This document shows positions 1 through 9,509 of a stretch of 64,000 nucleotides of DNA, one piece after another. This stretch comes from an uncultured Lachnospiraceae bacterium (GTDB lineage: Bacteria > Bacillota > Clostridia > Lachnospirales > Lachnospiraceae), in contig CAJOFN010000001.1 in assembly GCA_905233905.1 (NCBI GenBank), positions 266 to 64,265 of the forward strand, written 5' to 3'. Numbering within the stretch: the first letter of the stretch is position 1; every line of letters starts with the position of its first letter. A program made the translations under genes and the position numbers. The notes below the pieces were generated by a model. The model made no database searches and had not been told where the DNA came from. It saw only the letters and a list, made by a program, of their open reading frames with translations.

Positions 1-1007
1 AACTCCCTGAATTCCAGCCCTATATCATCCTTAAATTCAAGCGCCCCTAAAACCACCTTGTCATTTACCATAAAACGCACTCTTCCGTTTGGAATAATGA
101 CCTCATTTTCACGGATAACGGCGGATATGATAAGCTCCGGCGGCAGGGAAATATCACGTATGCTTTTGCCGCTCCAGGGGTGGTCGTCCTCCAGGGTAAG
201 CATCACAAAGGTCATATCGCTTCCGCCGGACATCTGGGAAAAATTACGCATATTGGTGAACTGCTCCACAAAGCCCGCGGAAATGATACCCGTAGGTATG
301 GCCACAAGCCCCACTCCCAAAAATGATATGATTATCGCCATTATCTGTCCCATGGTGGTAATGGGATATATGTCTCCGTAGCCCACAGTCAGAAGCGCCG
401 ATACCGACCACCATATCCCGGAGAATGCGTTCCTGAAAACCTCCGGCTGGGCTTCATGCTCCAATGAATACATGCATATGGAGGATGCCGTCATCATGAT
501 CAGAATCATACAGATGGATGAAAAAAGCTGCCTGCTCCTGCTGCGCAGGACATCCACCACCACATTGAAGGCATCATACTGGGTATTGATCCGAAACAGC
601 CGAAATACCCTGAAAACCCGAAATGTCCGAAATGCCACAAAGCCTGCCGGTAAAAATACCGGGATAACATATGGAAGTATGGTAAAAAGGTCAATTATCC
701 CGTTAAAGGAAAAAATAAACTTAAAACCCGCCTTTACCTTGCCGCAGCCCGGATAAAGATATTCAGCCGTCCATACCCTTAAGATATATTCAACTATAAA
801 GAAAAGGACTATTATCCTCTCGATATCCTTAAGAAACGGCGTATACGGGGCAGCTGCGTCAAAGGTCTCTATTATGAGGATCAGAAGATTTATGATGATA
901 GCCGATACCAGCACATAGTCGAACAGTCGGCTCGGGATATCATATTTGGTTCCAAGGGAAATTATATCAAATACCCTGCGCTTTTTTGTGCTGATATTAT
1001 CCGTCAT
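1..1007 (-). CDS. voltage-gated K+ channel with C-terminal RCK/TrkA-C-like domain (3' end runs off the window)
   Basis: Absent from the ORF track because it has no stop in the window. My minus-strand translation from ATG at 1007 gives MTDNISTKKRRVFDIISLG... It contains an S4-like arginine ladder FRTFRVFRVFRLFR, the TVGYGD selectivity filter and a TrkA-C-like tail (LTLEDDHPWSGKSIRDISLPPELII). The frame stays open to position 1. Confidence 0.85.
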   Translation of the reverse strand, partial: MTDNISTKKRRVFDIISLGTKYDIPSRLFDYVLVSAIIINLLILIIETFDAAAPYTPFLKDIERIIVLFFIVEYILRVWTAEYLYPGCGKVKAGFKFIFSFNGIIDLFTILPYVIPVFLPAGFVAFRTFRVFRVFRLFRINTQYDAFNVVVDVLRSRSRQLFSSICMILIMMTASSICMYSLEHEAQPEVFRNAFSGIWWSVSALLTVGYGDIYPITTMGQIMAIIISFLGVGLVAIPTGIISAGFVEQFTNMRNFSQMSGGSDMTFVMLTLEDDHPWSGKSIRDISLPPELIISAVIRENEVIIPNGRVRFMVNDKVVLGALEFKDDIGLEFRE

Positions 1008-1015
1008 ATGCCCTG

Positions 1016-2218
1016 TTATTCTTCTGTTTCATCCTCTGATGCTTCGCCGGAGGTTTCTTCCTGCTTTTGCGCGCTTATGGTCTCGCCGCCATCCACATAT
1101 CCGTTGTATATGTCAACATGGTCGTAGATACATCTCCAGGCGCTTCTTGACCAGCCCGTCACACAGATATAATGATGGCCGTCATTTCCCACAAGATAGC
1201 TTGCTGCGCAGTTGCCGGACTCCTTTACGAAGCCTGTCTTGGCGCCGGATATTTCCCCGGGAAGAGGCTTGTCCTCGATCCTCCGCATAAACCAGTTGGA
1301 GATCAATATCCCATCTGGATGCTGCTTGGTGGAGCTGGTGGTATAGGTCCTGGCGTAAAGCACCTTGCGACATTCCTCATACTGTAAGGCTGCCTTCATT
1401 ATGGCCGCCATATCCTCACAGGTACAGTGATGGTTCTCATCATAAAGACCCGTGGCGTTGGTAAAATGAGCCGTGTCCGATATTCCCAGCTCTTCTACCC
1501 TCTCATTCATCAGCTCAACGAAGGCCTCCTGTCCGCCGGCAACATAATCACAAAGCCCAAGGACAGCGTCCGCTCCGGAGGGGAGTATTGTGCCATATAA
1601 CAGATCCTCCACCGTGACCTTTTCCTTTGGATCAAAGCCCACCACTGAACAGTCATGGTCGTAGGTGTACTGGGTTATTTCATCGGTTATCTTATATGTG
1701 TCGCTGTAGTCATCAATATTTTCCACCGCCACCAGCAGGGTCAGTATCTTGGTCATGGAGGCGGGATTAATGACCTCGGAGCCGCTCCGCTCCGCTATCA
1801 CCTCATTGGTATCCACATCCACTAAGAGCGCGTACTGCGAAACAACGCTGCTTCCGCTTCCGTCCTCTAAAAATTCAGGAAGGGTTTGGGTGGAGTCATT
1901 TCTGATGAAAGCATAGCCGGGGGCAAAGCTTGCCACCTCGGGATCGACCGGAGGAAGCTCTTCTATTTCTTCTTCCTCTGCCTCCACGATCTCCTCTATG
2001 GCAGCTTCCTCCAGCTCCTTATCCTTTGTTAATTTGCTGTGTACTGCCCTGATGGCTATAGTGGCAGTCACACCGAAAATTATGATTATTAACAACGCAA
2101 AAAGCGACACCATAAATCTGCCGCTTTTAACAAACCGCCAAAACCGGCGTCTAAAAGAGCGTTTCCTGCGCCGCCTTTTTATTGTACGATTTCTGTTATT
2201 ATATCTGTTATCACTCAT
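1016..2218 (-). CDS. serine-type D-Ala-D-Ala carboxypeptidase (peptidase S11 / PBP5-like), membrane-anchored
   Basis: SxxK motif (ASMTK) and KTG motif (GAKTGF). Basic N-terminus followed by one TM helix. The start is uncertain: the ORF opens at 2272, and the ATG at 2218 would overlap the lysC stop by 8 nt. Confidence 0.8.
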   Translation of the reverse strand: MSDNRYNNRNRTIKRRRRKRSFRRRFWRFVKSGRFMVSLFALLIIIIFGVTATIAIRAVHSKLTKDKELEEAAIEEIVEAEEEEIEELPPVDPEVASFAPGYAFIRNDSTQTLPEFLEDGSGSSVVSQYALLVDVDTNEVIAERSGSEVINPASMTKILTLLVAVENIDDYSDTYKITDEITQYTYDHDCSVVGFDPKEKVTVEDLLYGTILPSGADAVLGLCDYVAGGQEAFVELMNERVEELGISDTAHFTNATGLYDENHHCTCEDMAAIMKAALQYEECRKVLYARTYTTSSTKQHPDGILISNWFMRRIEDKPLPGEISGAKTGFVKESGNCAASYLVGNDGHHYICVTGWSRSAWRCIYDHVDIYNGYVDGGETISAQKQEETSGEASEDETEE

Positions 2219-3416
2219 GGAAGAACTTGTCATGTACAGCCCTGGTGGCAATATCCACATCCTCAAGATCAATAAGAACGGTGATCCTGATCTCGGATGT
2301 AGCGATCATACGGATATTGACTCCCACATCGAAAAGCGCCTCAAACATCTTGGCCGCAACTCCCGCATTGGTCTGCATGCCTGCGCCTACGATGGAAAGC
2401 TTAGCAACATTCTTTTCCTCCTTGACCTCGGCAATGGTAAGGCGCTGCTGGTTCTCCTTTAATACCTTAACAGCCTCCTTTGCCTGCTCCTGATCCACGG
2501 TAAATGAGATATCCTTTGTCTCATCACGTCCTATGGACTGCAGGATAACGTCAACATTGATGCCATGCTTGGCAAGTTCATCAAATATCCTAAACGCCAC
2601 GCCCGGCTCGTTCTTTACACCCAGCACCGCTATCCGGGCAGCATTCTTGTCTACGGCAACACCGCTTACCAGCATTCCTTCCACGTCGCATACCTCCTTT
2701 ACGACAGTCCCTTCTGCCCTGTTCATGCTGGATCTTACTACCAGCGTAACTCTGTATTTCTTGGCAAGACCCACGGAACGGTTGTGCAGAACCTTGGCTC
2801 CGAGAGTCGCCAGCTCCAGCATCTCGTCGTAGGTTATCTCCTTTAGCTTTCTTGCGCCGGGCACTACCCTCGGATCAGCCGTGTACACGCCCTCAACATC
2901 CGTATATATCTCACAGGCATCAGCCCTTAAGGCTGCCGCGAGAGCCACTGCCGTGGTATCAGAGCCGCCGCGTCCGAGTGTCGTAACATCATCCCTGCGG
3001 TTGATCCCCTGAAAGCCTGTAACTATGACTATCCTGCCGGAATCCAGCTCATTGGTGATGCGCTCTGTATCGATCCGCTTAAATCTTGCATCACCGTATC
3101 TGGAGGTGGTGTGCATTGCCACCTGAAAGGCATTTAAGCTGATGGCAGGAACTCCCTTTGCCGCCATTGCCATTGCCATAAGGGCAACGGAAGTCTGCTC
3201 ACCCGTAGCAAGCAGCATGTCCACCTCGCGCTTGGGGGCGTTGGGATTGATCGCCTGGGCTCTGGTGAGAAGGGCGTCTGTAGTCTTGCCCATTGCTGAT
3301 AAGACTACAACTATCTGATGTCCCTTCCTGTAATCCTCTATGCAGCGGTCCGCCACGGCGTCAATGCGCTCGGCGTCGGCTACGGAGGTACCTCCGAATT
3401 TCTTGACTATTAGCAT
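2211..3416 (-). CDS. lysC: aspartate kinase
   Basis: N-terminal MLIVKKFGGTSV kinase signature, 401 aa, C-terminal ACT-like repeats, adjacent to hom. Confidence 0.9.
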   Translation of the reverse strand: MLIVKKFGGTSVADAERIDAVADRCIEDYRKGHQIVVVLSAMGKTTDALLTRAQAINPNAPKREVDMLLATGEQTSVALMAMAMAAKGVPAISLNAFQVAMHTTSRYGDARFKRIDTERITNELDSGRIVIVTGFQGINRRDDVTTLGRGGSDTTAVALAAALRADACEIYTDVEGVYTADPRVVPGARKLKEITYDEMLELATLGAKVLHNRSVGLAKKYRVTLVVRSSMNRAEGTVVKEVCDVEGMLVSGVAVDKNAARIAVLGVKNEPGVAFRIFDELAKHGINVDVILQSIGRDETKDISFTVDQEQAKEAVKVLKENQQRLTIAEVKEEKNVAKLSIVGAGMQTNAGVAAKMFEALFDVGVNIRMIATSEIRITVLIDLEDVDIATRAVHDKFFHE

Positions 3417-3485
3417 TAATTTTACCTATCTAATGAATGTCATCAGGGCTCCTCCCACTTCGTGGGTCCCTCCTCATGACGAAAT

Positions 3486-4688
3486 TTAACCTATTCTTAT
3501 CCTACTTATTATATCACCGTCAGAAAGTCTGCCGCAGGCCTCCTTATAAGCCTTTTCGGTCATGGAAGCCGTAACAACTCCGATCTCACCCGCTATGCCT
3601 AAATCCAATACTGACTCAATCTCAAAACACTCCCTTATCCCGGACTCTGAAAGGGATGTACGGATGAAATTGCGGTAGGACTGCTCATCCGGGTCTGCAA
3701 GGCGGATGGTATCATGGCTCCAGCGAATATCGGAGGCTTTGTCATGCTCCTTTGCCATGCTGACAAGATCCCCGACTACCGCAGATGCCGTAGGAAGACT
3801 GCCTGCCCCGCTCCCGTAGTACATGCTGTCGCCTAACATATTGCCAACAACATATACCGCGTTCATCACACCATGCACCGCGTAAAGAGGATGCTCCTCA
3901 TCTAACAGAAAGGGGGCAACCCTTATTGCGAAAGTGTCCGCCTGCCTCTTGCAGACAGCAAGGAGCTTTACGGCATGGGAAAGCTTTTTGGCGTAGATGA
4001 AATCCTCCGCCGTTATGCCTGTGATACCCTCCACAGGTATGTCCTGATAGTTTACCGTGGCTTCGGCTATAAGGGAAGTAAGTATCGCTATCTTGCGTGT
4101 GGCGTCATGCCCTTCTATGTCTGCGGAAGGATCTGCCTCCGCGTAGCCGTTGGCCTGGGCCTCTTTTAATACCTCATCAAAGCCGCAGCCTTCATTTGCC
4201 ATGTTGGTGAGCATGTAGTTGGTCGTGCCATTGATGATGCCGGTGATCTCGTCTATGCGATCCCCGGTAAGCGCCGTAAGCAGGGTGCGTATTATAGGAA
4301 TACCGCCGCCCACGGAGGCTTCAAACAAGAACTGAACCCCGTTTGCCCTGGCGATCTCCAAAAGCTCGGCTCCCTTGTCTGCCACAAGTGCTTTGTTGGA
4401 GGTGGTAACGTGTTTGCCGTGCTCCAACATCGCCTTTACAAAGGTAAATGCTGGCTCAACGCCTCCCATTGTCTCAACCACCAGATCAACCGAGTCATCC
4501 TCCGCTATCTGATTGTAATCATGTACCACCAGAGGGGCGATGGGATCACCATCAAAATCACGAAGATCAAGAACCTTTGTCAGAGTAAGTCTGCACCCTG
4601 CCCTCTTTTCAATGAGGGCGCTATTGTCAGACAGTATCTTTGCTACTCCTGAGCCTATGGTTCCATACCCCATTATTGCTACGTTCAT
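3486..4688 (-). CDS. hom: homoserine dehydrogenase
   Basis: NAD-binding N-terminus MNVAIMGYGTIGSGV, 400 aa, C-terminal ACT-like region, neighbour of aspartate kinase. Confidence 0.9.
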   Translation of the reverse strand: MNVAIMGYGTIGSGVAKILSDNSALIEKRAGCRLTLTKVLDLRDFDGDPIAPLVVHDYNQIAEDDSVDLVVETMGGVEPAFTFVKAMLEHGKHVTTSNKALVADKGAELLEIARANGVQFLFEASVGGGIPIIRTLLTALTGDRIDEITGIINGTTNYMLTNMANEGCGFDEVLKEAQANGYAEADPSADIEGHDATRKIAILTSLIAEATVNYQDIPVEGITGITAEDFIYAKKLSHAVKLLAVCKRQADTFAIRVAPFLLDEEHPLYAVHGVMNAVYVVGNMLGDSMYYGSGAGSLPTASAVVGDLVSMAKEHDKASDIRWSHDTIRLADPDEQSYRNFIRTSLSESGIRECFEIESVLDLGIAGEIGVVTASMTEKAYKEACGRLSDGDIISRIRIG

Positions 4689-4695
4689 AGTCGGT

Positions 4696-5848
4696 CTATT
4701 CCTCTCTGTCGCTGTCCGAAGTATTGCGTTTTGGACAGCCTAATGACAGCCATTTTAAATAGCTGCCCATGAAATCATCCAATGCTCCGTCCATTACCGC
4801 GTCAACATTACCGGTCTCCTCGCCTGTGCGCAGATCCTTGACCATCTTGTAAGGCTGCATGACATAGGAACGTATCTGATTGCCCCAGCCTATATCAGTG
4901 ACCTCTCCCCTGATGCCGGCTGCCTTGGCCTGCTGCTCCTCCTGCTTTAAGATGAAGAGCTTGGCTTTTAGCATCTGCATGGCCTTGTCCTTGTTCATGT
5001 GCTGTGAACGCTCATTCTGGCACTGAACAACTATCCCGGTGGGGAAATGTGTAATACGAATGGCTGAAGAGGTCTTGTTGATGTGCTGACCGCCGGCACC
5101 GCTGGAACGATAGGTATCAATACGGATATCCTCGTCCCTGACCTCCACGTCAAGATCCTCCTCGATCTCCGGCATGACATCGCATGACGCAAAGGACGTC
5201 TGCCTCTTGCCATTGGCATTAAAGGGGGAAATACGCACAAGCCTGTGGACTCCCATTTCTGACTTGAGATAACCGTAAGCGTTGGTTCCGTTGACCTGAA
5301 CCGTGACTGACTTGATGCCTGCCTCTTCACCCTCTAAATAATCAAGAACCTCGAGAGAGTATTCGTGGCTCTCCGCCCAGCGGGTGTACATGCGGTAAAG
5401 CATGGAAACCCAGTCGCAAGCCTCAGTACCCCCTGCCCCTGAATGAAGGGTGATTATGGCGTTGTTGGCGTCATATTCGCCTGAGAGCAGGGTCTTGATG
5501 CGGATTGCTTCAAAGGTCTTTTCAAACTCTTCAAAGGCTGCCATGGCCTCAGCCACAAGGTCTTCGTCATCCGCCTCAGCCTCATTCCCAAGCTCAATAT
5601 ATGCCTCTACATCCTCATACTGCGTCTCTAAGGAGGCGTAAACAGCCATATCGTCCTTAAGGTCTTTTAATTCTTTGGTCTTTTTGCTGGAAATATCCGG
5701 ATCGTTCCAGAAATCCGGAGCCTCCATCTCTCTTTCTAATTCCTCTATCCTGTTGCTCTTTGCAGCGAGGTTAAAGTGAATCCCTCACTTCCGCAAGCGG
5801 AGCCTGGTATGCGGTAAGATTCTGCCGCAGTTGATCCAATGCTACCAC
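4696..5848 (-). CDS. prfB: peptide chain release factor 2, requires programmed +1 frameshift
   Basis: The ORF-track piece 4696..5727 carries SPF and GGQ (SSGAGGQHINK). A short ORF0 starts at GTG 5848 (or TTG 5839): VVALDQLRQNLTAYQAPLAEVRDSL-stop. Shifting +1 at CTT TAA C joins it to ...NLAAKSNRIEELEREMEAPDFWND. Confidence 0.9.
5770..5790 (-). other. prfB +1 ribosomal frameshift site (SD-like GAGGGA, spacer, CUU UAA C)
   Basis: The minus-strand RNA reads aagugaGGGAuucaCUUUAAC. CTT is at 5776-5774, the in-frame TAA at 5773-5771 and C at 5770. Confidence 0.8.
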
Positions 5849-5895
5849 CTTAATCACTTCCTTTCCATAAAAACAGGTTGACAGGAAATGCCAAC

Positions 5896-5924
5896 ATTAT
5901 CCCACAAATCCTGTGAAAAAGCAA
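5896..5924 (-). promoter_or_regulatory. candidate sigma-A promoter for prfB (TTGCTT-N17-GATAAT with TG extension)
   Basis: -35 at 5919-5924 and -10 at 5896-5901 on the minus strand, about 45 nt upstream of the prfB ORF0 start. Confidence 0.35.
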
Positions 5925-6425
5925 TCAAATCTTGGATATAAGCTCATCACAGATCTCATCAACACTCTTGCCGTCCGTTGTCAGGGTTATATCCGCGGCA
6001 TTTCTATACCTGTCGCTTCTCTGCTCCATAAGCTCTGTGATATGCTCTATGCTCATGTCGCTGTTAAGCAGAGGCCTTGAATCGTCATCCTTTACCCTTT
6101 CATAAATGGTGGAGGGCTCGGCGGACAACAGTACGATCCGCCCTCTTTCCTTCATCAGCCTGACATTTTCGGGTCTGATCACCAGCCCGCCGCCGCAAGA
6201 TACCACCTGATCGTCATTCAGGGAAAGCTCGATAAGGCAGTTGCTCTCTAAATTACGGAAATAAAATTCCCCGTATTTTTCAAAAATATCAGGGATGGAC
6301 ATGCCTCGCCCGTCAGCTATGAGACTGTCCATTTCAACAACCCTGCTTTTCAGCCTCTCTCCAAGAGCCTCTGCCACAGTGGACTTACCCACTCCCATAA
6401 ATCCGATGAGAAAAATATTTTTCAT
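5925..6425 (-). CDS. aroK: shikimate kinase
   Basis: Walker A GFMGVGKST, 166 aa, within the aro gene cluster. Confidence 0.9.
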   Translation of the reverse strand: MKNIFLIGFMGVGKSTVAEALGERLKSRVVEMDSLIADGRGMSIPDIFEKYGEFYFRNLESNCLIELSLNDDQVVSCGGGLVIRPENVRLMKERGRIVLLSAEPSTIYERVKDDDSRPLLNSDMSIEHITELMEQRSDRYRNAADITLTTDGKSVDEICDELISKI

Positions 6426-7207
6426 AAGAACTCCCTGCAGTCGTCTATACTTTCAAGAACATTCCGAAGCTTTATGGCATCTATCTGTCCCGGCGCCGAT
6501 GCCTTCTTTGCCGTGGCAAAGGTGGCAGCTGAGCCGAAGAGCTCACCGCACATACGGCTGATAAGCCCAAGCTTTGACATGGATATGGCTATCACCGGAC
6601 GGTCCCTGTATCTCTCCAGATATTCATTAGCCGCCTCAATGAGAGCAAATACATCCGACATACGCCGGGGCATCACCGCAAGCTTGCAGATATCAACGCC
6701 CATATCACGCATGGCGCAGAGCCTTGATACCATTTCAACCTTGTCCGGGGTAGAGGAAAAATCGTGACTTGATCCTATGATCTTTACATCACAGCGCTGG
6801 ATCTTTCTGATTATCGCCTCACGATCCGGCACTGCTTCAGCCGTAAACAGCTCTATGTCCACAATATCAATCTTGCCTGATGCCGCAAGCTTTAAGTTCA
6901 GATCCATATAGAGGTCACTTTTTACGGTAAGCTCTCCGCCCTCCTTGGAGGTCCTTAAGGTAAAAAGGATTGGCATATTGCCGACAATATCTCCGATTTC
7001 TCCCGCAAGGGCGACCATGCCGTCAGCATTGGTGGCGTCATAAAACCAGTCCGCCCGCCATTCTATGATGTCCGGGGAATAATCTTCCACCGCAAGCCTT
7101 GCTTCGGATAATATCTGATCACGTGTGGTGCCTGTAATGGGTATTATGATCTTTGGGGCACCCTCTCCTATTCTTACGCCGCGTACCTCTACAACCTGGT
7201 TACTCAT
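6422..7207 (-). CDS. aroD: 3-dehydroquinate dehydratase, type I
   Basis: About 260 aa with type I DHQase-like sequence (IIEWRADWF...). Overlaps aroK by 4 nt and aroE by 8 nt. Confidence 0.85.
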   Translation of the reverse strand: MSNQVVEVRGVRIGEGAPKIIIPITGTTRDQILSEARLAVEDYSPDIIEWRADWFYDATNADGMVALAGEIGDIVGNMPILFTLRTSKEGGELTVKSDLYMDLNLKLAASGKIDIVDIELFTAEAVPDREAIIRKIQRCDVKIIGSSHDFSSTPDKVEMVSRLCAMRDMGVDICKLAVMPRRMSDVFALIEAANEYLERYRDRPVIAISMSKLGLISRMCGELFGSAATFATAKKASAPGQIDAIKLRNVLESIDDCREFL

Positions 7208-8075
7208 TGCTTATACCTAAAACTTCTTTCATGTGCTCAATGGGCATGTCGCAGCCTGTCCACTGCTTAAAGCCTGCCGCGCCCTGGAATAATATCATAC
7301 CCATGCCGTTCATGGTCTTACAGCCCACACTCTTAGCCATTTCAAGAAATCTTGTCTGGGGCGGGGAATAAATGGTATCAGCTACGATCAGCTCCGGCCG
7401 CAGATACGACTCATCAGGAAGCCAGGTCAGCCCTTCAAGAGGCTTCATCCCCATGCCTGTGGCATTAACAAGGATATAGCTTTCTTCGATCTCCCTTCGC
7501 AGTACATCCCTGTCATCGAAGTCATAAATATTTGCCTTGCAGTCAGTCTTCTCATTTATCTTCCTGACTGTCTCCTCGCCGGATTCAAAGAATTTGTCCC
7601 TTATATTGAATATGGATATCTCCTTAACCCCGTCAAGGGCGGCCTGTATCGCTATTGCTGTGGCTGCGCCGCCGCAGCCGCCTATGGTCATCTTTTTGCC
7701 GATAACATCAAAGCCGTTATCCTTTAAGGACATCATAAAGCCTGTACCGTCCGTGATGTCACCGGTCAAGACTCCGTTGTCATTGGTTATGGTATTTACC
7801 GCCCCCACAAGCTCGGCTCTTGGTGTTAATTTGTCAAGATACTTCACAACCGCGTTCTTATTGGGCATGGAAATATTGGCACCCTTAAAGCCCATTGCGC
7901 GCATACCCTTTATGGCATCCTCCAGGGCGTCGCTGTCAACGTCAAATGCCAGGTAGGCGTAGTCAAGCCCAAGATGTGCAAAGGCTTCATTGTGCATTGC
8001 CGGCGAGCTGGAATGTCTTATTGGATAAGCGAACAGCCCGATCAGTTCTGTATGTCCTGTTATTCTTTCTGCCAT
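7200..8075 (-). CDS. aroE: shikimate dehydrogenase
   Basis: N-terminal LIGLFAYPIRHSSSPAMHNEAF and a GGCGGAATAIA Rossmann motif. Confidence 0.9.
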   Translation of the reverse strand: MAERITGHTELIGLFAYPIRHSSSPAMHNEAFAHLGLDYAYLAFDVDSDALEDAIKGMRAMGFKGANISMPNKNAVVKYLDKLTPRAELVGAVNTITNDNGVLTGDITDGTGFMMSLKDNGFDVIGKKMTIGGCGGAATAIAIQAALDGVKEISIFNIRDKFFESGEETVRKINEKTDCKANIYDFDDRDVLRREIEESYILVNATGMGMKPLEGLTWLPDESYLRPELIVADTIYSPPQTRFLEMAKSVGCKTMNGMGMILFQGAAGFKQWTGCDMPIEHMKEVLGISNE

Positions 8076-8095
8076 TTTCCCTCCTGTAATAGCTG

Positions 8096-8109
8096 TTCAG
8101 TCGACTGAA
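8096..8109. promoter_or_regulatory. perfect 14-bp palindrome TTCAGTCGACTGAA in the aroE leader (candidate operator)
   Basis: Read directly from the sequence. It lies 21-34 nt upstream of the aroE ATG, between a weak -10 candidate and the RBS. Confidence 0.3.
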
Positions 8110-8195
8110 TAGTTACCTGTTACTGTGCTTGAATTTTAATGAGACATATGCTTTACTTGTAACGGTAGCAAACAAACACATCCAAAGGAGTAACC

Positions 8196-8459
8196 ATGCC
8201 CGAGCAAACCATAGAATACAGATACGACACCCAGCTTCTCATAGAAGGCACAGACCTTGACGAAGATGAGATCAATGATTATATAACCGATAATTTCGTC
8301 GGTGATTCCCTGCTGGCGGTGGGAGATGAAGAGCTGATAAAGATCCACTTTCACACCAACGAGCCCTGGAAGGTTCTCGAATACTGCCGCAGCCTCGGTG
8401 AGATATACGACATAGTGATAGAGGATATGGACCGCCAGGCAAGAGGTCTGCAGGGGTAG
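8196..8459 (+). CDS. 87-aa stand-alone protein resembling an internal segment of DAK2-fusion protein YloV
   Basis: Good RBS (AAAGGAG-N5-ATG). The sequence GDSLLAVGDEELIKIHFHTNEPWKVLEYCRSLGEIYDIVIEDM matches, from memory, the GDSLLVV.D..L.KVHVHT..PG.VL...G.L..IKIENM block of YloV-type proteins. No DhaL domain or C-terminal domain is present. Confidence 0.5.
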   Translation: MPEQTIEYRYDTQLLIEGTDLDEDEINDYITDNFVGDSLLAVGDEELIKIHFHTNEPWKVLEYCRSLGEIYDIVIEDMDRQARGLQG

Positions 8460-8468
8460 GCTCTGTCC

Positions 8469-9506
8469 TTAGGGCGCGAGCCTGTCTGCTATATCGTACA
8501 AAAGCCTTTCGGATTCTTCCCAGCCCAGGCAGGCATCTGTTATGGACTTGCCGTAAACCTGATGGTCTGTAATGCCCTGATTGCCCTCTATCAGATAGCT
8601 TTCTATCATTACACCCTTTACAAGGGAATGTATCTCCTTTGAATACTTCCTGTTGTGGAGAATCTCCCTTACGATACGGGGCTGCTGGGTATGATCCTTG
8701 CCGGAATTGGAATGATTGGTATCTATGATGCATGCAGGATTAATAAGCTCCATCTGATCATACATTCTGTGGAGCCTGATAAGATCCTCGTAGTGGTAGT
8801 TCTGGGTGGCGTTGCCGTGCTTGGAAACCGCGCCCCGGAGGATGGTATGCGCCAGAGGATTGCCCGTAGTCTTTACCTCATGACCCGCAAAGGTGAAATG
8901 ATGCGGATGCTGCGCCGCATAGACCGAATTAAGCATTACGTTAAAATCACCGCTGGTGGGATTTTTCATTCCGCTGGCAACATCAAAGCCTGATACGGTA
9001 AGCCTGTGGTGCTGATCCTCAACGCTTCTGGCACCTATGGCAACATAGGACAGGAGATCCTCCACATAACCCCAGTTCTCCGGGTAGAGCATCTCATCGG
9101 CAGCAGTCATATGGCTCTCTTCTATAGCCCTGATGTGCATGCTGCGCATTGCCACAAGACCTTCCACCATATCCGGCGCCTGGGTGGGATCGGGCTGTGA
9201 AGCTATTCCCTTGTAGCCCTCTCCTGTAGTACGGGGCTTGTTGGTGTAGATCCTCGGAACTACAAATATCTTTTCCTTTACCTTTTCTGCAACCTTGCAG
9301 AGCCTGGTCACATATTCGCAGACTGCATCCTCATTGTCCGCGGAGCAGGGTCCTATTATTACCAAAAACCTGTCATCCTTGCCGGTTAAGATATCAGCGA
9401 TCTTCTGATCTCTCTTTGCCTTTAATTCGGCAAGGTCTTTTCTTAAGGGGTACTGTTCCTTGATCTCCTCCGGTGTGGGCATTGCCTTTAAGTATTTGAA
9501 GCTCAA
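8469..9506 (-). CDS. aroF: 3-deoxy-7-phosphoheptulonate (DAHP) synthase, class I
   Basis: 345 aa with IIGPCS and KPRT motifs typical of AroF/G/H-type DAHP synthases. Isozyme specificity cannot be determined. Confidence 0.85.
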   Translation of the reverse strand: MSFKYLKAMPTPEEIKEQYPLRKDLAELKAKRDQKIADILTGKDDRFLVIIGPCSADNEDAVCEYVTRLCKVAEKVKEKIFVVPRIYTNKPRTTGEGYKGIASQPDPTQAPDMVEGLVAMRSMHIRAIEESHMTAADEMLYPENWGYVEDLLSYVAIGARSVEDQHHRLTVSGFDVASGMKNPTSGDFNVMLNSVYAAQHPHHFTFAGHEVKTTGNPLAHTILRGAVSKHGNATQNYHYEDLIRLHRMYDQMELINPACIIDTNHSNSGKDHTQQPRIVREILHNRKYSKEIHSLVKGVMIESYLIEGNQGITDHQVYGKSITDACLGWEESERLLYDIADRLAP

Positions 9507-9509
9507 AAC

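Noticed and set aside
3417-3485. A lysine riboswitch or attenuator between hom and lysC.
   Set aside because: The spacer is only 69 nt. It contains a small CCCAC-GAA-GTGGG hairpin without a U-tract, and it is too short for an L-box.
8136-8354. A 72-aa minus-strand ORF overlapping the YloV-like mini-gene.
   Set aside because: It has no RBS or motif, and the plus-strand frame has recognisable homology and a good SD.
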